Source of the DNA: Podarcis filfolensis
Lineage: Eukaryota
Assembly: GCA_964270895.1 (NCBI GenBank)
Contig: OZ185447.1
DNA: 64,000 bases
Direction: 5' to 3' (one strand)
Part shown: in pieces, positions 12,137-22,039 of the stretch
Numbering within the stretch: the stretch's first letter is position 1
How the letters are laid out: each line of letters begins with the position of its first letter
Program-made: the position numbers and the translations under genes
The notes under the pieces: model-generated
Told to the model about the DNA's origin: nothing
The model's input: only the letters and a program-made list of their open reading frames with translations
The model's database searches: none

Positions 12137-12531
12137 TTATTGGCAAGTGCTGGCGGTGTCGGAGAGCACGAGGGAGACGTTGACAACGGTTGGTTTACCC
12201 GTATTCTTGTCTATGGTCTTCTGAGACGTCTGGAGGGGCAACATCTCATGCCCCACCATGCAAGTGTAAGTAGTTCCAGAATTCCACTCTTCTGCGTTGA
12301 CGTTCAGCATGCTATAGGCATAATACCGCTTGGGTGCCTTGGACTCCTGGGTGGCTGTGCTGGTGAAATATTTGGCAGCATCCACGGGCTCATCATTCCG
12401 CAGCCATTTGACAAAGAACTCAGGAGGGGAGAAATCTTTCATCAAACAAGTGACGGTGGCTGTTTCCTGCAGAGCCAGCTGATCCGAAGGAGGAGGAAGG
12501 ATGTAGATATGTGGAGCAGAGGGGTTGCCAT
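12137..12531 (-). CDS. IGHM: mu2 CH4 exon plus secretory tailpiece
   Basis: DGNPSAPHIYILPPPSDQLALQETATVTC...YTCMVGHEMLP...KNTGKPTVVNVSLVLSDTASTCQ*; internal donor at 12199; same length (395 nt) as in mu1. Confidence 0.96.
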
Positions 12532-12926
12532 CTGGAAGGTTAAAGGAGGGTGTGTGTGAAGAGAATATCAAATGCATGGTTTTGTTTTTTAAGTACATTG
12601 CTAACCATCTTTCCCCCACTTTCCTTTTCTTAACTATGACCTCATTTGTATGGTTTGAGAGAGTCAGAAAAACCTGTGAGAAGATTGGTAGAAGCCTACT
12701 AGGAGGTGAAATGGACAATGACCAAAGATGACCAGATCAGAGTTTTGATGCAATGGCTTTCTAAATCTGGATTTTTATTAAAGGCTGTGATGACATGGTC
12801 CACTGCTCTGAGTGTGTAAAAAGAGTGGAAGAGCATAAGAGAGACAGAGAGACTATGGCTTACATGATACTATGAAGCAAGTGGGGACAAACATCTCTTC
12901 ATTGCTAACGTGGGCTGAGAATAGAG

Positions 12927-13206
12927 CAGGAGTTGGCAACCTGCCGCCCATGGGCCACAAGCGGCCCACAGGAGTCGTTTAAATGGCCCACGAGCTGCCC
13001 CCAAATGAGCCGTCCACTTGGCGAGCTCCCGCACGCTTCGCTAAACCAGCACAGTGCGGAGCAGGGACTCATTTCCGCTGCACCGAAAATCGCATCTGTG
13101 CATGTGCAGATGCTGAAAATTGCGTCTGCGCAGATGCGATCCAGCCCATGGAGCGATCTCCTTGGGAGTGAACCGGCCCAGGTGAGGTAAACCTTGCTGA
13201 CCCCTG
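12927..13206. mobile_element. hAT-type MITE
   Basis: CAGGAGTTGGCAA...TTGCTGACCCCTG termini; 8-bp flanks GAATAGAG/GAATAGGG. Confidence 0.8.
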
Positions 13207-13681
13207 GAATAGGGACTTCATCTACTCTAAGAGCAGCCTCATATAACTTATAACCTATTAAGTCATATGGACAATACTAAGGATTTTTGACAGCATGCTA
13301 GGGGCTAAGTTGATGTTTTCTTTTTGTTGCCTGTTTGAGACCCTTTGGCACATGGAAGCCCATACTGTACATGCCCGCTGGGCAGGCATTGGACGGATAG
13401 CTTATTAATTCCAACAACGATTGCTTAGATTCAGATGCGTGTTAAATCCCTCTTCCGCAAACTGGTGCTCTCCAGATGTCTTGGACCACAAAGCTCATCA
13501 GCCCCAGCTGCTATGCCCATAATTTGCTGATTTTGGAAGTTATAGTCCAGAACATCTGGGGAGACCACCATGTTAGGATAATGTGTGTTAAATGATTGTG
13601 AAGACAGAACGAAACTGCTAAAATCAATGACACCGAGGGTCGCTTTTTTTTTTTTTAAGCTGATGTAAAATAGGCACCTAC

Positions 13682-14017
13682 CTTGAGGCTTGCGCAGGGA
13701 CCTGACTTCCATTGAAGGAAATAAATCTGGGTGAATAATTTTGCAGTTGAAAGTTTCTCCTTTTTCCCACTCGTCTACACACACAGTAGCTACTGCATCT
13801 GCATATATCAGATCGCTGTTTTCTTCATCGTGGTACGTTTCCAGTGCAGTGTCCAGGGGTTTGTCATCGGATGCTCTTGTCCAGGTGACGTTCAGCTCCT
13901 TCAGGTCTTGCTCATCGGGTATGTTGGAAATTCTGCAGGTCAGCTTGGCTGACTTGGTCTGGTAAATATCAGCATAGGAAGGTTGGATGGTCTCAACCGT
14001 GACAGGGATGGAAAGAC
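13682..14017 (-). CDS. IGHM: mu2 CH3 exon
   Basis: 336 nt; GLSIPVTVETIQPSYADIYQTKSAKLTCRISN...NVTW...ATVCVDEWEKGETFNC; AG/GTAGGT. Confidence 0.94.
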
Positions 14018-14784
14018 CTAAGAAGAAGAGCATTGAGATCCATAGTAGGACAACACTTATGACAACCCCAACGTATATCTGATTCAAGCATCCAATGTCC
14101 TCAAAGAGTTCCATTGCTTATGTCTAAGTCAGAATAATTTACCTTTCCGACAATAGTGCCATATTTAAGGGGGTTGTGTGTGAGGGCTTCTGGATGGGAG
14201 ACCTTGCTAGTTGCTGCACAAGTTCCTTTCCTTGGTGATCCACTGATTTGCCAGAGTCAATGATTCTACACTGTGCTCTTGGTAGAATCCCAAATGCACA
14301 AGGCATTCATTTGTAAGAATATTAAGAATCACAAGGAAACTTGATTCCTCCCCCACTAGAAATAATGTCAGAATTGGATCAGCAGAAAGTATGGGGACTA
14401 TGAGTACCATAACATAGACCGAGGTCTCACATAACACTGAAGCCAAGGTTGGATCTATGTATCTCAGCAGTATCCTAGCATATGCTGAAGGATAACATTG
14501 CTGGACTATGGTGCTTAAGTGCCTTCAGACCGTGCCATAAAATCTGCTTACCTATTGTAATTCTGCTTTCTAGAGGATTTCACCTCTTGTTGAGCGTTTT
14601 GGCATATGTAGATTTTCACGAAATCTTACCTCAGTTTTAGCCCAAAGCTAATATTTCTCCCGTGTTCAGAATGCAACCATATATACTTGAGTGCTTCTTC
14701 CTTATGACAGAAATGAAAGAGGCCCCTGTTGTCTTGAATGTTTCAACTGGCTTTCCGGTGCTTTGATGGAATATAGTAACTTAC

Positions 14785-15108
14785 CGCCACAAATAAGGGG
14801 TCTGCTGATGTTCTTTATCCCATTGAATCTCTCATTGGACACTTTGCAGGAGAACTTCTTGCCATTGTCCCAGTCGTTCTTGGTGATTGTTAGCTCACTC
14901 CTCACACTGTAGCTGCGCTTTGAGATCCGTATGGTGGTGGGCTCATCAGATTCAATAACTTTTCCATCCCTCAGCCACTGGATTGTGGTCTTCTGAGTGT
15001 GCAGATTTGTAGCAGTGCAGGTGATGGTGGCATTCAAGGGGGACCCCGCAAAATCATTTAGGAGTGGTGAGCTGATGATAATGTTAGGCGGAGAGTCTGG
15101 GCACACTA
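14785..15108 (-). CDS. IGHM: mu2 CH2 exon
   Basis: 324 nt; IVCPDSPPNIIISSPLLNDFAGSPLNATITC...QWLRDGK...SELTITKNDWDNGKKFSC...LICG; AG/GTAAGT. Confidence 0.93.
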
Positions 15109-15857
15109 CTGCAGAAGGAAGGAAAGTGGCAGAAGGTAAACTAATTTTATTGCAGATGAATCCAGCAACTCAAGGGGAAGTGCAGATCCAGGTCTATCGA
15201 GGAACCCTCATTCACAAGACTCATGAGATTGTCTTCTAGAAGGTTGTGTTTCTAGACGAGCATTTCCCTATCCATTTCAATGGGTTCATCCTACAGAGTG
15301 AAGGCTCACTCTCAGAATGAATGACAGTGTAAGAGCATTGTTGAGGACATGACTAGCTCATTTCCCGTGCTACAAGGCAATCATATCCTATTCACCTATA
15401 TCTTGGATTAGGGGCCAGGTTTCAAATGGATTTGAAACACTTTCCCTCTTTTACATAAATTAATCTTCACCCTATGCAGAAAAGCATTAGTTCTGAACTT
15501 AGGTAATTATTCAGTGTGTTAAGAATACAGACAGGTATGTGGTCCTTTGGGAACTAGCTAGTTATAGGGTTGCCATATTTGGAAGGGCAAAAAAGAACAC
15601 ACACACACACTGCTGATGCAACAGGGAAATCCAGACATAAGGGAACCCTAGTTAGTTATTGGATGGAAGATATATAGCTGGTCCTTATCAGAAGAGGCCA
15701 CTTCCCATAAAAGACCATGCAGAAATCAAGCATTTGGTCTTTTAAGAGTTCCTTAGCACTTTCTGACTCCTTTATGCTAATCCCCTGGTTTGAGCTGCTG
15801 TTGGCTGCTGGGAAATCTTGTTTTTTCATAGACAACAAGTCAAATAAATTCACTTAC

Positions 15858-16163
15858 TTGGACGGACAATTTCTTCTGTTCTGTTTCCAAGAGAGTGAGC
15901 AGCCTTGCAGTAGAATGGATTAAAATGCTTCCAAGCTGCAGCAGGGACAATTGCCTTGGAGCTTGCAGTGAAAGTCCCACGGGAGTTGAAGAAAGAAGGA
16001 AATTCCGTAAACTCGATTGCCTCGTCTTCATCATTATCCCAAGAGAAAGTGAGTGAGCCAGGCAGGAAATCCTGGGCCAAGCAGCCAATAGTGATGCTTT
16101 CATTGTTGGAGATACTCCCAGAAGATGGAATGAGAGGAAAGACATGCGGGGCAGATTGGCAAG
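15858..16163 (-). CDS. IGHM: Second mu-type heavy chain (mu2) CH1 exon
   Basis: 306 nt; ACQSAPHVFPLIPSSGSISNNESITIGCLAQDFLPGSLTFSW...FPS...GTFTASSKAIVP...PFYCKAAH; colinear with mu1 CH1. Confidence 0.93.
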
Positions 16164-16174
16164 CTGAGGAAACA

Positions 16175-16216
<42 letters not shown>
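16175..16216. repeat. (AAT)14 microsatellite abutting mu2 CH1 acceptor
   Basis: Direct reading. Confidence 0.95.
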
Positions 16217-16217
<1 letters not shown>

Positions 16218-16946
16218 GTGGTTTTTTTGGGGAAGATGCTTCATTTTTAGCTGGGATTGCTTATCTGAGCTGAGCTATTTTAATTGCCTCTCAATGTTTA
16301 AAATTGTTTTAACTGCTTTTATTTATAACTTTAATATTTATTGTAAGCTGCTTTGAGGTTTTCCAACAATCAAGCAGTATATAATTTTTGTTAAATAAAA
16401 TAAAATACATAAATCCAGGCCAGGTCCTTGGGTGCATTCTACCTCTGACCGTCCAAGATTCTGTGGTTGCATTTCTGACAGGTTGGACAGTTTAGCCAAC
16501 TTAAAAAAGCCCCACTTCTTCAACCTTATTTTGGTAAGACCTTTACACAGGATGGTTTCTTCATCGACACTTCCACTTGTCCTGTCACTATCTCCAGGGG
16601 AAAAAAAACCAGTTGTTTATCACTGAATTAGAACAAACATCAAACGGTTTTTCTGTGGATTGTTCTGATTCAGTGGCGAACAACGAGTTTTCTTGGGAGA
16701 AGTGGCAAGGATAAATGATAGGACCCATTCTCAGAAAGGATGGGAGAAGTAGAACTTATAATTTCTAGACACAGGACCAGCCCCATCTCAACCATTGGAT
16801 CCATTCTACTGATCTTCACCAGACGAGCATTAATAAAAACAGTGGGTATGAATATTCAGGCCTCAGCTGTACTTTCGTCTCTTCCTCACATGTTTCTCTT
16901 CAACTCCCTTTTCCCCATCTCAGCTGTCACATCACAACATCTTTCC

Positions 16947-17082
16947 CAGGCATAGGCAAACTCGGCCCTCCAGCTGTTTTGGGACTACAATTCCCATCAT
17001 CCTTGATCACTGGTCCTGTTAGCTAGGGATCATGGGAGTTGTAGGCCAAAAACATCTGGAGGGCCAAGTTTGCTTATGCCTC
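16947..17082. mobile_element. Palindromic hAT-type MITE
   Basis: Self-complementary GGACTACAATTCCCATC...GATCATGGGAGTTGTAG; flanks ATCTTTCC/ATGTTTCC; family copies at 19081-19216 and 30970-31105. Confidence 0.8.
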
Positions 17083-17978
17083 ATGTTTCCTAATTGACAA
17101 TTAACTCACCACTCTATAACCTCTGGCCAATCAGCATCTGCTACCATCCAGCCCAATCAGAATAAATTTATCTAACCCTAACAAATTCTCAAAGAAATTT
17201 TCTCTCTCACACCCCACAACCAATCACTAAGCATCTATTACTATTTGAAATATGTACCATATTCTTACACCATGCTAGTCATGGCTTTCCCTAAAGAATC
17301 CTGGGAGGTGTAGTTTGTCAGTGGTGCGGAGAGATGTTGGGAGACCCCTAGCCCCCTCCTAGAAGTATAATTTCTGGAGTTGTTTAACAACCAGCCCCTC
17401 TCGAAAGGGAACTTTGTCAGCAATAACACTTTCAGCTGAATGGGGGCCTCCTTTTGACTCTCAGCACCTTTAACGACAAACTACAGCCCCCAGAATTCTT
17501 TGGGGGAAGCCATGACTGTTTAGAGTGGTATTGAAACGCTTCAACTGTATAGTGTGGATGTGGCCATATGAATAACAATACAAGGCCTCGAACTCTGGCA
17601 GTCACAGAAGTCACAGAATATCTTCCCCTTCAAAACACATATATACACAGAGAGATATACAGCACTTGTGCAGGAGCCTTCACAAAGAAGGGACTTGAGA
17701 CTGGTTCACCTCCTAACTAAGTGCTGATTCCACAAGGGTACTGAGTGAGGAGAGCTTAGATGCCTCACAGCTTTTCCAGAATTGGTGCTGAAGGCTTATG
17801 TGTCTCTTGCCAAGCTTCAGGGAGGCTGGGACAAGACCAGTTGCTCCCACTGGCCTTCCTGAAGCTATTAATCTCCCTCACAGATGGGTGTCAGGTACCA
17901 GAAAATGCCCTGCTCCCTATTAGATTTCTCTGTGGTGGGTTGTCAGTTGGAGAACTGCTTAGTGAGTATTCATCTAAA

Positions 17979-18306
17979 AAGGTAAAGGGACCCCTGACCA
18001 TTAGGTCCAGTCGTGGCCAACTCTGGGGCTGCCGTGCTCATCTCGCTTTATTGGCCGAGGGAGCCGGCGTACAGCTTCCGGGTCATGTGGCCAGCATGAC
18101 TAAGCTGCTTCTGGTGAGCCAAAGCAGCGCACGGAAATGCCGTTTACCTTCCTGCCGGAGCGGTACCTATTTATCTACTTGCAATTTGACGTGCTTTCGA
18201 ACTGCTAGGTTGGCAGGAGCAGGGACCGAGCAACGGGAGCTCACCCTGTCGCGGGGATTTGAGCCGCTGACCTTCTGATCGGCAAGTCCTAGGCTCAGTG
18301 GTTTAA
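17979..18306 (-). mobile_element. Sauria SINE
   Basis: Reverse strand has tRNA-like head (AAACCACTGAGCC...GATCAGAAGGTC) and the ...GGGTCCCTTTACCTT tail characteristic of Sauria SINE. Confidence 0.9.
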
Positions 18307-18927
18307 ATTTCTACCTCACCCCTTTCATCCAATGGAACAACAGTAGCAAAAAGATATAAATTAATTAAAACACCAAGAACATATAAAAACATTTAAACAT
18401 GAGTCACAGCAACACCATATATTTAAAGCATAGGGCTTCCCTCAAATGATGTTGGAAACCTTTGTTCACCACAAGCAGAACTACAATTCCAGCTGAGAGC
18501 TGTAGTCCTGTGAGTGGTAAACTACACTTCTCAGGGTTTTGCAGGTGGAGGGAGGGAAAGCCATATGCTTTAAATGTATGGTGTACAATAGATATGCGCA
18601 GTCCTCAGAGCTAATAATTTCAGGGTTGCCAAGGGCAATGTCTTTCAACCATCAAATGTTTGGATGAAAAGCAGTATTTTTAAATCCCTCCTGAATGAGG
18701 GAGACAGATGCACTTCCCCAGGGAGGGCATTCTACAAATAGGGAACCACCATCGAGAAGGCCCTGCCAGTACCAACTAGGCAGCACCCACAGCAGTGCTA
18801 CTAACAGGCCTTCCCTGCTGATCATAGATCTCAAATGGTCATTACTATGTGAGGCACCCATAAAATTGCATTACTAGCATGCAAAGTCCTAAATAGCTTG
18901 GGACACAGTATTTAAGAGTCCCAAGCT

Positions 18928-18970
<43 letters not shown>

Positions 18971-19080
18971 GGCTTTGCATGCTAGTAGTGCAGTTTTATG
19001 GGTGTCTCACACACCTGCAAGTTGCAACCCACCATTAAGCCCCTCACTGTGTCGAGCAGCTGCTTTCAGAAACACTAGAG

Positions 19081-19216
19081 CAGTGATGGCCAAACTTGGC
19101 CCTCCAGCTGTTTTGGGACTACAATTCCCATCATCCTTGACCACTGGTCCTGTTAGCTAGGGATGATGCGAGTTGTAGTCCAAAAACAGCTGGAGGGCCA
19201 AGTTTGGCCATCACTG
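19081..19216. mobile_element. Palindromic hAT-type MITE
   Basis: CAGTGATGGCCAAACT...AGTTTGGCCATCACTG perfect inverted termini. Confidence 0.85.
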
Positions 19217-19399
19217 CACATCTCCACAGCTTTCTGAGAACTGCATCACTTACACCTGAGTCTACAACCCCAGAAAGGAGTCAGCTGAGATCAGCGGCTC
19301 CCACCAGTCTTCCAAAAGATAACACTCACATGAGAGGCTCTGGTGCTGTTGTGCAAACCCAACCACCCAGAGGTTTGCAGAAAGCAAGGGTAGATAGAA

Positions 19400-21800
19400 C
19401 CTTAAAACCCTTTAAATGAGTGTTGGTTGCTCATCAGCATTCTCATACTTCTCAGCTAAATGGAGAAGTCTGGAGTGTTTGGGGAGGCTAGCTGAGATCT
19501 CTTGGAAACTGGACATAAGGCAAGCATATAAATGACTCGATGACCTTTCCAACTCTACAACTCTATGACATACCTACCTGCTCTATGCTGGCCTTCCACA
19601 AGGGTAAGGAAAGGCAGTGGCTTGCCCCCTAGGTTTTCCTAAAGCTGCTCCTTAGCTGGCAGAGTTAATTTGAAGCCCCTACCATTCCTGAACCTGATCT
19701 GTAGTTGTGTGACTATCACACCAGTCTTCCATCCTTGCGCCCGTATCGTTCCAATTTTAGTATAAGGGCTGCCAAAGTGAGCACTATCACACCAGTCTTC
19801 AAGGGGAGCACTGGCTTTCAGAGACCCACAGAGACCCTTTCAGGAAGGCCCATAGTTCAGTGGTGAAGCATCTTCCAATGTTCCCTCCCAGGACTCCCAA
19901 TTAGCCAGGGGGCTTGCAAGTTGCTCAGCAGAAAAGCACTTAAGAAACCCAGCAACAGTTATACATTGGGGTACAGGGGTAGCTCAGTGGTAGAGCAGGG
20001 ATAGCACAGGTCAGTGATGGAACATTTGCTCTGCATGCAGGAAATCTCATGTTTAACTCACAGAACCTCAAGGTAGGGTTGGAATATTTTCCTGGGCTGA
20101 AACCCCAGAGAGTCGCTGTCTGGGGTCCAGGGGTGAAGGACACTGCTTCAGAGAAACAAGAGAGCCTAGTGCTCTTCACTGGGCTTAATGGAAAGGACAG
20201 CACATATTCCTGCTTACACTAATGGTGGGGAGGAGCAGAAGCTGGTTGCTACCTTAGAAGTTTACTGAAAGCTACCACTGAGCTCAGATCTGCACACCTG
20301 CCAGTAAAGTTGCAGGCTGTAGGGAGGTCCAGGTGCTCTCTCTGCAATCTCTGTCTTTACTGAAGCCCAGAGCCACATAGCTCTCCAAGCCGAGAGCTTG
20401 ATTTTAAGGAAGGTTGAGATCCCTAGCATTCCTTCAATCTTCCTAATGGTGTGTTGGCTGGAGCACAACACTTGAAAGCTTCCTTATCCCAGCTTTGGAG
20501 AAAAAGAGGGAGGAGAGTGGAAGGCTCCCATAAGTTACTCCTAGCCTGCAGCCCAACAGGATGCCAAACTTTTCCCCAGCTGACCACTGGCCATTGGAAA
20601 GAGTTGCTCCCCTGCTTCAGGTATAGCTGCTGTAGATCTGAATGGCTTGCATGCTTCTCAGTTTCTGAGATCCTAGGAGCTTACCCCATGATTATTCCCA
20701 AAGGCATAGCTGAGCCGAAGCCACCCCACTCTTCCTGAGCTCAGCACTGAGCTTCAGAAAGACACCGGCTGCTCCCTCTACCTCTGCACTAGTCTAAGTA
20801 GCTTGCATTTATCCCAGCTCAGAGGTTAGCTACAGAAAAGCTATGAGGATGCTGGGAACTTCTTCCATCAGCTCAGAGAAGAGTCACCCAGCCCTGTTGC
20901 TTCCTTGGCCTAGCTATAGCTGCTATGGATCTGAAAGAGCTAGTATCTCACGAGTAGGTGGTGTGCTTCAGAGAAGCTAGGTGGGTTCTAGGAGTCCCCC
21001 TTCCCATTATTTTCAAAGCTGTAGCTGAAGGAGCACAAATCCTCTTTTCCCTAGCTGAGCACTCCTGATTATTGCTGCTATCTGAAAGGCTTGATGCTGT
21101 TGTAGCTGATTGGTGAGATTCTGAGAAGCTAGGGGGTTGCTGGGTGCTTTCCCTAACATTTCCAAAGCTGCAAAGGATCAGGGTGCCACCCAGCTCTTGC
21201 ATACTCCACCCCCAACTGAGCACTGGATGTCAAGAGAGGTTCCAATAGCTTTTCTTGCCCTGCCTAGAGGCCCTAGATACCTCAATGGGCAATGGATGTA
21301 GAAGACTTGCACGTCTCCCAGCTGAGCTTCTGCAGTGTTGCCTCTCAAAGGGGTGCTGCTGACTAAGGAGGCTTCCTTCTTGTCACAATTTAGGAATGGT
21401 GGAGGACGTGCAGTATTCCAGCCACAAGACCTATAATTCAGTTGGGGCCTAGCACATCTCCCCATAGAATGCCGGCTCCCTGGGAGCATCCCCATTGCTG
21501 TGCATGTCAAAGCAGAGGGGTGAGGAGAAAGGTTACTGATACCAGGAATATATACCAAATTGTGAGAATTGAAATCAATCAACATTTCACATTAAATATC
21601 CCAGAGAAGCAAGCTGCTCATCTGAGCATCTTGTAGGCAGCCCGGTTACTCCCTAATCCTCCCCCTTAAGCTGTCAGCTGGAAAGTTGGCCTAAGTGTTG
21701 GGCTGATGGGCTGCAGGTAGGCTACCTTCCAGTGTGCTGCAAATATCACATGCAGCAGCTCCAAGCTGAACATGGGCCTAAGGTGGCTATTGGGGAGTTT
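19400..21800 (-). other. Switch region of mu2 (AGCT-rich)
   Basis: About 32 AGCT in 20221-21360 (about 4-5 expected); located 5' of mu2 CH1; shares degenerate motifs with S-mu1. Confidence 0.8.
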
Positions 21801-22039
21801 TTGTTATGTTTAAGTCTCTCTTGAGTTCAGCAGGGAGGTGGCAGTAACCAAGTGTTAAAATCTGCATTAGTTGGGAAGCCCATCAATATGAGAAACCAGA
21901 ATTCAAATGGAAATACTAATACTTATGCCCAAGCCTATTACAACAGACATCCTTTCCATGATAGTTGACTGATCCTAGAAAGAGTCTTTTCTTATCTTTC
22001 TATCTTCCCAAAGCCTGGAAGTAGGCCCCTTTCACTCAC

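Noticed and set aside
7932-16163. Calling the second gene IgA or IgY
   Set aside because: All four domains are colinear with mu1, TM is mu-type with a separate VK* exon, and intron/UTR homology to mu1 is visible.
15840-16244. ORF with poly-Tyr (and poly-Asn on the + strand)
   Set aside because: Produced by the (AAT)14 microsatellite; the real exon is in another frame.
19711-19801. Direct repeat ACTATCACACCAGTCTTC twice
   Set aside because: Only two copies; simple local duplication. No CRISPR-like array, and the sequence is eukaryotic.
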